Shown: positions 13,841 through 27,678, counted from the first letter of the stretch. The stretch is DNA of 64,000 nt from Carcharhinus amblyrhynchos (GCA_965287045.1 OZ336885.1:37386001-37450000); one strand, 5' to 3'. Program-made: numbers and translations. Notes: a model not told the origin generated them from the sequence alone.

Positions 13841-14382
13841 TCATGTGCACCATTTTCATAAATAATTCTATTTCACATTAACCTAACTTCTCACTAACTG
13901 CTTTAGTTCAATAACGTAAATACAAAATCTGTAATTTATACATTGCGTGTAATAATATTTGCTCCCTATATCTGATTATAACATTAAAAATAATCAAATG
14001 TACAATGCAATTTTCATGTTACAATTATCGGTTTCACCTTTATATACGATTGAACAGAGCAAGTCAGTTGCACTGGGTTATACTGCCATTGTACAACTAA
14101 ATGATTAGGAAAAGTTGAAGTCTGCATATGTTTTTTTCTCTTTTAGCACCCTCCTGTTTTTCTCACTTTTTTGAGTTTTTTTTTTAACTGCTGTCATTTG
14201 CGTCTGGTAATTGATTAAAGTGATCATCCTTCAAATGCAGCCTGACATTGGATATTGTGCAGCGTTCAGGACTAAAACATGTATGAAGCTGGTTCTTCCA
14301 TCCATAACCTGGGGATGCAGAGGTCAACAATAGCAGTCCTATGACTCACGCAGGTACAAGCATGTCTTACATTGACTAATTG

Positions 14383-14497
14383 GCATTGTGGCTAACACTG
14401 CTGCCTCACAGCGTCAGGGACCTGGCTTCAATTCCTGGCTTGGGTCAGTGTCTGATCAGAGTTTGCACATTCTAACCATGTCTGCATGGGTTTCCTA
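14383..14497 (+). mobile_element. V-SINE 5' fragment
   Basis: ggcattgtggctaacactgctgcctcacagcgtcagggacc...gggtttcc. Confidence 0.8.
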
Positions 14498-15647
14498 TTT
14501 GAACTGGAATTAAGCCCCAGTACCAGAGATTGAAAAGAATGTTTTAAAAGACTGCAACTTTACATAGCTTTTTCAAAGAGAGGATAACAATGGATGAGTT
14601 TGTGGAAAATCAATCAATAGTAAGCAATAGCTGATTAACTCTGTTGACCCATCATTTGGATGAATCCTGAAGCTTAAAACAGGATTTATAAGATGGTACT
14701 TTGACAACCTAAATTGTGTGTATTTCTGCAGCAATCTAACACATTTTGGCCTCATGGTGAAAACAGTATATTTGGACAGGGGAACATTTGGTACACTTGG
14801 ACCAGGGTTGGTTTTGATGATGTTATTTACAGCTGGATATCAGTAGTGGGGTGATTTGTAGTGGGTAATAGGGATCTGAATTCTGCTGTTCACATCATTA
14901 TGAGTTAGAAGTTGGTGTAGTTGTTTGTCATTCTGATATTTTAGTGGCAGTTGCTTAATTGGCTGCACATAATGCATAATGAGTATCTAGTAATTTGCAC
15001 AGTTCACCTCAGCAATTTTGCTAACCTAATTTACGTAACAACAGCATTACAGAAAACCAGCGTGAAGGATTTTGTTTTGGGTAAAAGACTGAATAGTTTA
15101 AGCTATGTTAGTGCAGGCATGGAGTGTACCTTTGACAGCTTTCAGAGAGCTGTGCACTTCAGGAATACATTGCGAGCTGGTGAGTTTGGTGTCTTAAGGG
15201 GGAGCTGGATCAGTTTTCGGCTATGTCAGTTGTCATCAAATGCAAGGTTTTTAAATGCGATGCTTGGCCTTAGGGCTGGACTGATTTTGATTACCTGAGA
15301 GGTCAGAGAGTAATTTTGCTGTGTTTTTAAATGGCTATTGGGGTGTGTGGTTTTTGGGGTGCAAGGGGTGCAGTACTGGGGAGGATAAGAAGTGTTATAC
15401 CATGATAGTCCAGTCATTGCGGTGCACAGCTGGCTTGATGGACGAGATGGTCATTGCTAATGTTACTACCTACTAGATGCAAAAAAAATGTGAATTCCAG
15501 AACTGATTTTAGATTCTTACTAGAACTGCCTAAGATAGTAAAGTCTGGTGTTTTGCCAATCAAAGTTTGCTGTACAAGTTACAGTATGTTTCGAACAGTC
15601 CAGTTATATTACTAATTGCTATTGATGAAGAACACTTTCAGCTTCAT

Positions 15648-15962
15648 CATAAAATCATAGAATCCCTACAGAAGGAGGCCATTTGGCCCATCGAGTCTGT
15701 ATCAACCATAATCCCACCAAGGCCCCATCCCCATAACCCCATGCATTAACCCTAGCTAGTCCTCCTGACACTAAGGTCAATTTAGCATGGCCAATCCACT
15801 TAACCTGCACATCTTTGGACGGTGGGGGGAAACCGGAGACCAGAGGAAATCCATGCACATACAGGGAAATTATGCAAACTCCACACAGACAGTAACCCAA
15901 GCCGGGAATCAAACCTGGATCCCTGGTGCTGTGAGGCAGCAGTGCTAACCACTGTGACACCC
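15648..15962 (-). mobile_element. HE1/V-SINE-like SINE (CR1-type tail)
   Basis: Full-length copy ending in (TTCTATGA)-like repeats. Confidence 0.92.
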
Positions 15963-16419
15963 ACAAATACGTAGTACAGAATCCAGGTACCTTGACTTGG
16001 TTGCAAATAAGGAAGACATTTGCTGGCATCTGAAGCAAGGAATCAGAGCCAAGTAATTGCGGTCCTCACTTTTGGATAATTTCTTGTGAAGCCCATCAAG
16101 GAAGGTAAAAGTCTAAATTAGCAACTCCTCCACTTTTTTGGAGGTGAAATTTAATGCATTTAATATGGTCATTATCCTTCTCCATTTACTCTTCCTTAGT
16201 TCCAAAACTGGAAAGCACTCTTTTACTGTAAACAGAGGTGTAGCCAAGGGAAAGTGGACTCATGTGGAAGTGTCCAAGCCAAGGCATTACCTTGCCTTTG
16301 GAAGTTAATTAATGTATTCAGCAGCTAGGGAGGCAGAGATTACACCTAGTCTCCTGAGATCTGTCTACCTCCATCCTTCAAAAAATATGGACACCTTGTG
16401 ACTGAGTTGGGTGAGACGG

Positions 16420-17985
16420 TGGCACAGGGGTGGCATGGTGGCACAGTGGTTAACACTGCTGTCTCACAGCTCCTGGGTGGATAGAGGAGAGCCGGTGGAT
16501 GTGGTCTTTCTTGATTTTCAGAAGGCGTTTGACAAGGTACCCCACAAGAGGTTATTGCAGAAGGTCAGGGGGCATGGAGTTGGGGGTAGGGTGTTTGCGT
16601 GGATAGAGGACCGGTTGTCAAATAGGAGGCAGAGAGTGGGGGTCAATGGGCGCTATTCGGATTGGCGGATGGTGACTAGTGGAGTGCCCCAGGGGTTGGT
16701 GCTGGGGCCTCAGCTATTTACCATTTATATAGATGATCTGGAGGAGGGAACCGAGTGTAGGGTGTCGAAATTTGCTGATGACACCAAAATTGGTGGAAAG
16801 GCAAATTGTGCGGAGGGTGGGGAGAGTCTACAGAAGGATCTAGATAGGCTGGGCAAATGGGCCAGGAAATGGCAAATGGAATTTAATGTTGGCAAGTGTG
16901 AGGTGGTCCACTTTGGTAGGAATAATGGTAGGAAGGACTATTACTTACGTGGCGAAAAACTGCAGCAGGCGACGGTGCAGCGGGACCTCGGGGTCCTTGT
17001 GCATGAGTCGCAAAAACCCAGCTTGCAGGTGCAGCAGGTGGTCAGGAAGGCGAATGGGATGCTGGCCTTCATCGCGAGGGGGATTGAATATAAAAGTAGG
17101 GAGGTCTTGCTGCGGCTGTATAGGGCATTGGTGAGGCCGCAGCTGGAGTACTGTGTGCAGTTTTGGGCGCCGTACTTACGCAAGGATATTTTGGTCTTGG
17201 AGGGAGTGCAGAGGAGGTTTACTAGGCTGATGCCAGAGTTGAGGGGGTTGAGCTATGAGGAGAGGCTGAATAGATTAGGCTTGTACTCGTTAGAGTTTAG
17301 AAGAATGAGGGGAGATCTCATTGAGACGTATAAGATGATGAATGGGATGGATAGGATAGAGGTGGAGAGACTCTTCCCGCTCAAAAAGGATAGTAGGACT
17401 AGGGGGCATAGCCTCAAGATAAAGGGGGGGGGCGGTTTAGAACGGAGTTGAGGAGGAACTTCTTCACTCAAAGGGTGGTGAATCTCTGGAATTCTCTGCC
17501 CGTTGAAGTGGTGGAGGCTGTCTCGCTAAATATTTTTAAGATGAGGGTTGATGGGTTTTTGATAAGCGAGGGGATTAAGGGTTATGGGGAGAGGGCGGGA
17601 ATGTGGAACTGAGCCACAACAGATCAGCCATGATCTTATTGAATGGCGGGGCAGGCTCGAAGGGCTAGTTGGCCTACTCCTGCTCCTATTTCTTATGTTC
17701 TTATGTTCTTATCCAGGTTTGCTTCCTGACTTGGGTCACTGTCTGTGCAGATTTTTCATATTCTCCTGTGTTTACGTGGGTTTCCTCTGGCACTCCAATT
17801 TCCCCCCACAGTCCAAAGATGGTTGATTGGACATACTAAAGTAACCCTGGGTGTTCCGAGATGTGATAGGTTAAAGGGATTAGCAGGATAACTAAGTGGG
17901 GATAGGGCCTGGGTGGGATTGTTGTTGGTGCAGTCATGATGGACTGAATGATCTCCTTCTGCCCAGTAATGTTTCTATGATTATG
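16420..17985 (+). mobile_element. HE1/V-SINE-like SINE split by a CR1 insertion
   Basis: Head at 16420-16473 (gtggcacagtggttaacactgctgtctcacagctcc). It resumes at ~17713 (ccaggtttgcttcctgacttgggtcactg) and runs to its tail at ~17985. Confidence 0.88.
16474..17712 (+). mobile_element. CR1 LINE, 5'-truncated young copy (RT domain to 3' end)
   Basis: The ORF has VFLDFQKAFDKVPH, SGVPQGLVLGP, KFADDTK and YCVQFWAP, and the element ends in (TTCTTATG)n. Confidence 0.97.
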
Positions 17986-18319
17986 AGACTTAATTGCTGC
18001 TTTTTACATCATGGTCATAGATATGAATCTTGATAACTGTGTATTCAGAAAGCATTTGAATATTGCTTGACTGACAAAAGTTTCTGTCCGTATAGGCCAT
18101 TGAGCATCTAGGAAAAAATTACATGCTATCCATGGATGCAGTTTTCATTTGCCTTTGCACTTGAATAAACCCTTCCACTCCTCCATTCAATGCTTGGTGC
18201 TTTGACTAGTTAATTCCTGTTTCCAAGGATAAAAACGTGATAAAGTTTTGTACACTTTCAAGCATGGTATTTGCCATTTGCTTGCCGCACGTGCATACTA
18301 CAGATTGTCTGATTTAAAA

Positions 18320-18730
18320 AAAATTCATTTGTGGGGCACAGGCGTTGCTGACTGGCCAGCATTTATTGCCCATCCATAGTTACCCTTGAGAAGATGGTGG
18401 TGAGCTGCCTTCTTGAAATGCAACATGCTGTGGGTTGACCCACAATGTTGTTAGGGAGGGTATTCGGGATTTTGACCCAGTGACTGCAAAGGAACAGCTG
18501 TCCAAGTCAGGACGGTGAGTGGCTTGGAGGGGAACTTGCAGGTGATGGTGTTCCCATTTATCTGCTGCCCTTGTCCTTCTAGATGGAAGTGGTCATGGGT
18601 TTGGAATGTGCAGACTAAGGATCTTTGGTGAATTTCTGCAGTGCCTCCTGCAGATAGTACACACTGCTGCCACTGAGCACCAGTGGTGGAGGGGGTGATG
18701 TTTGTGGACGATATGACGGGTGCAATCTGA
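18320..18730 (-). mobile_element. Jockey-group LINE 3' end (same family as 11750-12810)
   Basis: Shares ggccagcatttattgcccatcc...gagaagatggtggtgagctgccttcttgaa with that copy. Confidence 0.85.
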
Positions 18731-19079
18731 CAGGCTTGCCTTACTGGTCTATCAGCATGGCGAGCTGGGAAGATAGTGTTCGAGGCCAAACATCTGATTC
18801 GCACTGGGCGTGAATCAATTTTATATATTCCCGGCCCTGTTGTGTTGGCAAGAACAGTTTCCTGCCCAGAAAAGGCACAAAGCCTATTAGTATAGAATTG
18901 ATTTAATTTAAATGCCATTAGTGAGTCTGAGATGGCTGCTTCCGCCCTCACCAGCAAGACGTCACACTACTAATGGAGACCAGGCATCATGGCCACGCTG
19001 GGGTGATTGCAGGCCATTGAATCCCTCTGGTGGTCGGTGTCAGGGCTGTACAGTGCTTACCAGGTGAGTTACTGGAAAA

Positions 19080-19790
19080 AAATGGATCAACAAAGGGACT
19101 TGGGAGTTCTGGTTCACGACTCTGTTAAGGTTAACCTGCAGGTTCAATTGGCAGTTAAAAAGGCAAACTCAATGTTAGCATTCATTTCTAGAGGGTTAGA
19201 ATACAAGAGCAGGGATGTGCTGCTGAAGTTGTATTTGGCTCTGGTTAGACCCCATTTGCAATATTGTGAACAGTTTCAGGCCCCATACCTAAAGAAGGAT
19301 GTGCTGGCCTTGGAGGTTCACAAGAATGATCCCAGGAATGAAGGGTTTGTCATATGAAGAGCGGTTGAGGAGTCTGGGTCTATACTTGATGGAGTTTCAA
19401 AGGCTGAAGGGAGATCTAATTGGGACTTACAGAATATTGAGAGGCCTAGATAGAGTAGGTGTGGAGAGGATGTTTCTACTAGTGGGAGAGACGGGAACTC
19501 GAGGGCACAACTTCAGATTGAAGGGACGTTCCTTTAAAACAGAGATGAGGAGGAATTTCTTCATCTAGAGGTAGTGAATCTGTGGAACTCATTGCCACAG
19601 AGGGCTGTGAAGGCCCGGTCATTGAATGTCTGTAAGACAGAGGTAAATAGATTCTCGATCAAGCGTTACAGGGAGAAGGCAGGAGAATGGGGATGAGAAT
19701 CATATCAGCTGTGATTGAATGGCAGAGCAGACTCGATGGACCGACTGGCCTAATTCTGCTCCTATATCTTATGGTCTCATGATTCTTATT
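19080..19790 (+). mobile_element. CR1 LINE 3' fragment
   Basis: QRDLGVLVH...LVRPHLQYC and GLSYEERL...FKTEMRRNFF, then a typical 3'UTR. Confidence 0.92.
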
Positions 19791-20508
19791 TTCATTAAAG
19801 GGAAATGAGAATTTAAAATAGAAGCATAAGCAGATAATAAGACTTTAACTTGATATTAATGAAATACACAAAAGCAGATCCATGATAACTATTGCAAATA
19901 AGGAGGCTGGAGGAAGTCATAGCCATGGTGAGGCCATGAGTGATCCAAAAGCCAAGAGAAGGAGACATACTCTGGAAGATGAAAACCAAAAACTTCAAGG
20001 AATATAGACTAATGAATTTTTTTTGTGCTCACTGAAACTTGTATGAGGCCTATTTGTTTAACTTGTCATCAGGCATGTTCTGCTTTTAAGTGCAGTAATC
20101 TAGAACACCATTACACAACAACCCAGTGAAAATTACCCAGTAACCTAGGGAATAGTGAAATTGAGCAACTTGCTGCTTCATTCAAAAGCCAGTGAAAAAA
20201 AAACACAGATTGCGTTCCATTGCAGGATGTTCTTCAGAGGCATCTATTGAAATCACATGGATTTTGGCAAGACATAAAAAGGCACTTAGTGATCATTAAG
20301 GAGTGTTTTCTGGCTTATGCGGAATTTCTGTAAGCCAATTTTAACAACAAAAATGCAATCCTAAAACAAATAAAAGGCTGCAACTGTCTGACATAACAAT
20401 AACGAGAAGGGCGGAGGAAATTGGAAAAGAAATCCAGCAATGATTAACTACAGATCTTTGGGCAACTTCTTGTTTTATTGTAGCGGTGAATGAAAGCACA
20501 GATATATG

Positions 20509-21608
20509 GGGGGTGGAATCGTCCCAAAAAAAATTCTAAGTGCCCCATTTGTGTAAAAACTGGGGTAAATCCCATTGCTTTTTTCAGCAGGACTACCAAA
20601 ATGAATCTCCCACACTCTGTGCATCACAGAGAGCCCCAGTGTGAATCCAGTTAAAAATCAATATTCCCACAGGAGAGGCCAGCTTAACAGACCACAACGC
20701 ATGCACCGCTCTTTCAGCGCTGAGATCAGCGCATGTGCAGTAGCCCGCACGGTCAGTTTCCTGGCTGCTAGTCAGCCCAATTGCTGGCCTTCCGGATGTG
20801 TTGGGGCTAGCCCTGATCTCCTCGTTATCCCCTCAACCCGCCCTATCCCCTCCCCGTCATTCCTGATCTCCCGACACTCCAATCCCTGGCCTCCCTCCCT
20901 CTGTCACGGATCCAAGGGCAGCAGGATCTCCCTCCACCCCCACTGATCTCCTCCTAAAGGCCCCACCTCCTCTGACCCCACCCCCTTGGCTTTGTCTGAT
21001 GCCCAGTGGGCAGTGGCAAGGAGCGTCGTGAGCATTGCCGTTTTGTTCTTTGGGCAGTTCCAGAGGGATAGGCTGGCTGGCAATGCCCAAGGGACATCCC
21101 ACCCATTACCCCGACCCTCTGGGGGAGGCGGGGGGGGGCATCCATGGGCCCTCTTCATGCCAGCTCCCTGTTTGTGGAGAGCTGTTGTAAACCCCACTGG
21201 AGTGGAAACACTCCTGGCAGTGGGGGGGGAGACTTCAGTCTGTTTCTCTGTTTTCTTTTCCCAATACTTTATTGTTAAGGCAATGGAAGCAGAGTCTTTG
21301 AATATTTTTAAGGCAGCGGTGAATAGATTGTTGGTAAGCAAGAGGTTGATAGGTTATTGGGTGTCGGCAGGATGCAGATTTGAGGTGATTAACAGATCAG
21401 CCATGAGCTTATTGAATGGCAGAGCAGGGTCAAGGGGCTCGCTAATGAACATGTACATAATTTATTCAGCTCCGCAGCGATTTCTGGCATGGAGCTGACG
21501 ATGCTGGAGATCTGTCAGCCGGAAGCACGTGGAGGCAGCGGCGCCCAGCGGAAAGCCTCCTACATGGCTTCTGTCTATATCTCCTGGCCTGGCTGGGAGA
21601 ATCAGCCC
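20509..21608 (+). mobile_element. Harbinger-type non-autonomous element (MITE) with a nested CR1 3' fragment (~21270-21440)
   Basis: Degenerate TIRs ggggtggaatcgtccc ... gggagaatcagccc and a GC-rich interior shared with 39788-40517 and 46330-46680. Confidence 0.6.
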
Positions 21609-21937
21609 GGTGATATCTCACAATTATGTGTCAGGATTTGTCTCCCCAAAGAAGTATTTTGTCGTGAAGAACTGTTGTATTCAATACCTTTGAAAGATCA
21701 AAACAAAAGGCGAAAACACATTGACTGCCCTCCTGGATTAATTTAGCTGAGAATGACCTGGATTGGATGGATGTCTGTGTGCACCAAATATGTGAGGGAG
21801 GGAGGATGGATTAATCAACCTGATGAGAAAGTGAGAGGAAGTTAGCAATTTCACCATCTTTCACTGCATTAAACAGCAAGAAGCACCTGTAGGTAAAATA
21901 AAAAATAGTGAAATGAACGGCGTCAAGCAGTTTTTTT

Positions 21938-22240
21938 TCATAGGATCCCCACAGTGAAGAAAGAGGCCATTCGGTCTATCGAGTCTGTACTGACCACAGT
22001 CCTACCCAGGCCCTATTCCCGCACTCCCTCATATTTATCCTGCTAATCTCCCTGACACTAAGGGGCCAATCAACCTGACCCACACGCCTTTGGACTGTGG
22101 GAGGAAACCGGAGTACCCGGAGAAAACCCACACAGTTATGGGGAGAACATGCAAACTTCACACGGATAGTGACCTGAGGCCGGAATTGCACCCAGGTCCC
22201 TTGCGCTGTGAGGCAGCAGTGCTAACCATTGTGTCAATGT
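21938..22240 (-). mobile_element. HE1/V-SINE-like SINE
   Basis: Head, V-core and CR1-type tail. Confidence 0.92.
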
Positions 22241-22974
22241 GCCACTAATAATTAGTTGTAAAGATGATCGATTTTCTAGTTTCAAGAGCACTGAATCACA
22301 GGCCATTTTGAGCATCACTCAAACTGTATGAGACAGAGCATGGTGACTTAGTAATGCATAGAGTGAGACCATTATCTTGTGGCAGGGTTTTTGAAAGATT
22401 TTTGGGTCCCTTCCCTTAGAGCTGTGAATTTCTTGAAAACAAGGGGAAGGAAGAGAGAGACTTGGAAAATCCAAGGTGGATAATAAAGCCGGTATTTTTG
22501 GTCGATATCACATGCTATCTGAAAGCTTTAAATCGCCTTAAATCTCCAATTGCCAAGGGAAACAGAAACTTGCCAATAACATGTTGCAAGATCAAAACAA
22601 GATTACAACATCATTCATACCTGACACACACTTTGTTGACTTTCCAAAACTCAGGACAGTCACTTCAGAAAATCCAGAGCTGTTAAAACATTTCACATAC
22701 ATTTGTGTACACCAGTGGAATTTTTTGGTCCCTCCAAAGGTGATCCCACTCCCTCTTCCACAGGGGGTTTCCTGGCTACTGGATGGGCAAGCCATGCAAA
22801 ATGCTGTAGACATTGGCAGGACTGGAAGATCCAGCTGGTGGCCAGTGGTGAGCCACCTCCACACCAGAAAACACAATGTGGGGTAGGTGGGGGGCAGAAA
22901 ATCACAAGCATCGTATGAAAACAATTGCTGTCATATATTTGTCAGTATGTATACCTGAGAATCTACCTTTTCGA

Positions 22975-23180
22975 TAATAGGACGTGTGAATAATGAGCAG
23001 GAGTTGGCCATTCGGACCCTCCAGCTGCTCTGCCATTCAATAAGGTCATGGCTGATCTCACAGTTGCCTTAAATCTGAATCCTGCCTGCCCCCAGTAACC
23101 TATCACCCTTTTCCTTACCAAGAATCTATCCACCTCTTTTTAAAAATATTCAAAGATTCTGTTTCCACTACCTTAACAGT
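22975..23180 (-). mobile_element. CR1 3'UTR fragment
   Basis: gagcaggagttggccattcgg...ccattcaataaggtcatggctgatct. Confidence 0.8.
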
Positions 23181-23599
23181 AAGTATTGGGAAAAGAAAAC
23201 AGAGAAATAATTGACCAATGAATATTTGGATTGCCTTACTAGGATTGCAATGATGGACACAAATACTGCATGAATAAAATTAGAGAGCAACTGACACACT
23301 TTCACTCTTCCAATTTGAAAATAAGTTTTGCATTATTCAACTTTTTAGACGCTTACTTGCATTGGTGCGTTTTAATTCCTTATAGTTCCCTTGTTATTGT
23401 TTTATAAATCATGTACTTTTTAAATTGTATATTTGTATTTTGATGTTTTTGTTATCCGTTTCACTTTGTAACATTGCATCGTGAAGGTGTAGGAAGTAAT
23501 GATAAGTTAGGAGTCAATGTGGCTCTGATTTTGCAGAGTTTTTGCTAAACTGGCACTTGCTTGAAAAATAGTGAAGATCACTGTCCCAAAGAGTATGGG

Positions 23600-24210
23600 T
23601 TTCTCTGTGTAGAGTGTCAGCAGTAGCTTAGTTGGTAGCACACTCACCTCTGAACCATTTGCTTTTTGGGTTCAGGTCTTTCACTGCAGCGGCACAATGG
23701 TTAGCACTGCTGCCTCACAGCGCCAGGGATCTGGGTTCAATTCCAGCCTTGGGTTCACTGTCAGTGCGGATTTTGCACATTTTCCCCTCATGTTTGTGGG
23801 ATTCCTCCGGGTGCTCTGGTTTCCTCCCACAGATCAAAGATGTGCAGGTTAGGTTGATTGGGAAGTTGACCCATAGTGTCAGGGGGAATAGCAGGGTAAA
23901 GACGTGGGGTTAAGGAATAAGGGACCGAGGTGGGATTGTGGTTGGTGCAGGCTTGATGGGCCAAGTGGCCTCCTTCTGCACTTTGGGGATTCTATGATTC
24001 TAAGTCCCTCACTGAGGATTAAGCACAAAAATGTAGTTTGACACTCCAGTGAAATACCGAGGGAGCATCTCACTGCTGGAGGTATTATCTTTCGGAAGAG
24101 GCGTTAAACCAAAACACCATCTGCCTCTTCGGGTGGATGTCAAACATCCCATTGCATTCTTATGAATAAGTGCTGAGAGTTTTCTCCAGTGTCATAGTAA
24201 ATACTGCTTT
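23600..24210 (+). mobile_element. Ancient DeuSINE/SacSINE-like element interrupted by a V-SINE (23688-24002)
   Basis: Deu-like segment gacactccagtg...gagggagc...gttaaacc...ggtggatgtcaaacatcccattgca on both sides of a full V-SINE copy. Confidence 0.65.
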
Positions 24211-24934
24211 GACGTGTTGAGTGGTTGTGAAAAACACAGTGTCAGCGTTTCTTGTCTTTCTACCTGAGGAAGAAGTCATTGGGGCATCTTCAGAATTTGG
24301 AGTGAATCAGGAGTGGATTTGCACGAGAAATTAACTAGTGGCTCTCTTTAAGGTGCAGTTTACAAGACACTGTCTACAAGACACTCTGAAGCATCTTGGG
24401 AGATGTCATGCTGAGTTCCTGGGTTCACAGACTCTTCTGCAGTTTGTGCTACAGAAGGTTGACATCACTGAAGCTAAAAGTGGATCTCTTGTCCCTGATG
24501 CAAATATGGACCTGAAGTTAACCAGTAACCCAAAAGATCAGCAGGCAAAATGTCACTGCACCTTTAGATCGGGTTAAAGCCTGAATTATCCCTTCTCCCC
24601 CTCCCACCAGTTCTAATGGGTGGCTACTGATGGCAGCCATATTTTTGCATTTCATATTTTTCTAAACAATTTACCTCTCTCCTATCATGAAGGAGCTAGC
24701 TCTTGCTGGATGCAGTTCAATGCATTCCAAATACCTTTAAATTGAAACAGGTTATCATCATGTGTGAGACTAGACAGTGAGCATCATCAGTTGTGGGAAT
24801 AATGGACTGAATCATATTAGGCACCAGATTCCCAATCGACTCCTAACAGGATGGGCCTGGGAGTGCCTGTTTCAGGCAATAGTAGCTACTCCACACCTAT
24901 TTAACAGACTGGGAGTGGAAGTTTTGCTAATAAA

Positions 24935-25215
24935 GAATAAAGTTTATTTATTCATTAAAAGTAGGCTTACATTCACACTAGAATGAAGTTACTGTGAAAA
25001 TTCCATAGTTGTCACACTCTGGTGCCTGTTTGGTTACACTGAGGGAGAATTTAGCATGGCCAATGTACCTAACCAGCATGTCATTCAGACTATGGGAGCA
25101 AACCAGAGCACCCAAAGGAAACCCACGCAGACACGGGAGAACGTGCAAACTCTACATTCCACGGGCAGGAAGGCCAAGCCAGGAATTGAATCCGGGTCCC
25201 TGGCGCTGTGAGGGC
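24935..25215 (-). mobile_element. V-SINE type B
   Basis: Reverse complement of the type B tail and V-core. Confidence 0.88.
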
Positions 25216-26639
25216 TTGAAACAGATAGCCCAACTGAGAGAGATGCTGGTGGGTAGATTCCAGCATTTCAGGGCAGGACGACAGAGGTGTTGGCAAGGTG
25301 GTGGTGGTGGGGGGTGAGGGGGGTTGGAGGGAGGCTGGGGTTGGGGGGAGCTCGGTTGCTGAGGGGTTGCGGTCTGAGAGGCTATGAGTGTAGGGGAACT
25401 TGGGAGTATAAGACCTTGGTTGGAGAAGGGGGACATTCTGATGGGTCCATTGAGGAGGAAAGACGCCGCCTGCTACCAGCCTGTGCAGAGGAATCTGCCT
25501 ACTGGCTGCTTAGCGAGGACCTCTCCCTCTGCCACTTAAACCCGAGCAGCGTTGGGATGAGGAGATTAAGTGTGCATTAATTTCCACTTAATGGTCTCAT
25601 TTGGCCCATTGGCACAAATTAGAACAATTGTGGTGGTGGCTGATGGGCTGGGGTGGGCAGGAAGGCAATGGCAGGCTACTTGCTGGATTCAATGAGTCTC
25701 AAACCTGTAGATGGAGGAGTGCAAAATGCACCCCATTATATCTAAGCACAATCTGATCCTCACTTGGCATCCAAGCATGCGCATTCTTTCAGGGGTTAGT
25801 CCATAGGAAGTCGTTGGTCACAATCCTAGCCTACATTTCTTACCTTTGTATTCCACTCCAGCCAAGAATCACAAATCCAGAAGTTTTGTGCAAAATGAAC
25901 CTCAACATAGCAACTGCGTAAAATAGTAAATCACAATAGATAAACTGATTCTCTAAAGGGATCATTTTGGGTGCCACATAATGTAAAACGATGGAAATGA
26001 AATTCAGCAAAGGCATATAACAGCTGAAGTACCCAATATTGCTTCCTTTACAGTCTGGGAAAAGGCAAAACTCCAACCTCCAGGATTACCTCCTTAGATG
26101 TAAAGTACAAACTTGCTTCACACATTTGTTCTATATGTAAATTGAAATGGAGCTGCATTTCTTTTCAGTTATTTTTAAATAAATGTATTATTGTGCTAAT
26201 TGAGGTTAAAAAAGTCAACTCTTATCCTGAGATGAATCGATGTAATTTTGTGTAAAAATCTGAATAGGCTCACAGCCAGTCATGCAAAGGGATTAAAATA
26301 CTATCTAAGTAGCTTAGTCAAAAGGAAAACTGCTATTGGGAACAAGATTTGACATTGTTCTGTTTGGTGCATTACAAAGCCACAGTGAGACTGTTTTTTG
26401 TAGGTGGGGGAGGAAACAAAATCCTTAACTGTCATCTCTCATCTCTACAGCCAGACCCCAATCTGCTCATTAACACCTCCCAAAATGATCATCATCTAGA
26501 GGGTAATATACAGGTTTTCAACTATTTCTTTAGATTGCATTCCAAATGCCTTTATATTACATTTGTGTCATATTATATTTACCATCAGCTTGTACCATTC
26601 ACTCCTGCCCCCCCAACAGGTTTCTGCCCTTCCTGTGGG

Positions 26640-26935
26640 TGAGACAGTGGTTAGCACTGCTGCCTCACTGTGCCGGGGACCCGGGTTCGATTCCCAGTTT
26701 GGGTCACTGTGCGGAGTCTGCACGTTCTCCTGGTGCCTATGTGGGTTTCCTCCGAGTGCTCTGGTTTCCTCTCACTTTCCAAAAGACATGCTGGTTAGGT
26801 GCATTGGCCATGCTAAATTCTCCCTCAGTGTACCCGAACAGTCGCCAGAGTGTGGCAACAAGGGATTTTACAGTAGCTTCACCGCGTTGTTAACGTAAGC
26901 CTACTTGTGACAATAATAAATAAACTTTAAACTTT
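26640..26935 (+). mobile_element. V-SINE type B
   Basis: Full copy ending gcctacttgtgacaataataaataaactttaaacttt. Confidence 0.92.
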
Positions 26936-26939
26936 AATA

Positions 26940-27285
26940 ACCATTGCTCGGTTGGTAACGCTTTTGCTTTTGATTCCCGAGGTTCTCTGTTCAAGTCATA
27001 CTCCAAGACTTGAACATAAAAATTAAGGCGAAAACCCCAGTGCAGTTACTGAGGAAGAATTGCACTGTTGGAAATGTGTTAAAATTCCTGAAGGATCTCA
27101 GGTCACTATTTTGATTGCTTTAATTAGTATCGTAAAAATAGATGGATTGACATTATCACATTGCTGTTTGCTGTATTTCCTTCATCACCACAACAACTAT
27201 ACTACCAAATTACTTAACTGGCTGTAAAACATCTTGAAACATCCGGTGATCATGAAAGATACTATATAAATGCAAGCCTTTCTTT
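26940..27285 (+). mobile_element. Ancient DeuSINE-like element
   Basis: gctcggttggtaacgc...ttcaagtcatactccaagacttgaacata..., with an L2-like end gatactatataaatgcaag. Confidence 0.6.
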
Positions 27286-27371
27286 ACCTCCAAAAGTCAC
27301 CGGTTTAATTTTCACGCACCAAATACATGCCAAAGCTTCCATTATGATGAAAAAGAAGTCGTGGAAGTAGG

Positions 27372-27678
27372 ACAGCACAGTGGCATAGTGGTTAGCACTG
27401 CTGCCTCACAGCACCAAGGACCTGGGTTCAATTCCAGCCTTGGGTCACTGTCTGTGTAGAGTTTGCACGTTCTCCCCATGTCTGCATGAGTTTCCTCCTG
27501 GTGCTCCAGTTTCCTTCTACAATCCACAGATGTTCAGATTAGTTGATTGGCCATGCTAAATTGCCCCTTAGTGTCAAGAGGTTAGCAGGGTAAATAGGTG
27601 GGGTTGTGGAAATAGGGCCTGGGTGTCATTGTGGCTGGCGTACACTCAATTTGCCAAATGGCCTGCATTTGCACTACA
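27372..27678 (+). mobile_element. HE1/V-SINE-like SINE (left member of a tail-to-tail pair)
   Basis: Head and V-core present; the tail ends at ggcctgcatttgcacta. Confidence 0.9.

Noticed and set aside
14261-14352. Exon-like segment
   Set aside because: Weak donor (gtacaa) and stops in all frames.
16411-17451. 346-aa ORF as a host gene
   Set aside because: Its N-terminus is SINE sequence fused to a 5'-truncated CR1 RT; it has no endonuclease domain and no true start.
20641-21746. Cluster of overlapping ORFs
   Set aside because: GC-rich MITE interior plus a CR1 fragment; low stop density explains the ORFs.
26640-26710. tRNA gene calls for SINE heads
   Set aside because: The A/B-box-like heads run directly into the V-core and tail, so these are SINEs, not tRNA genes.
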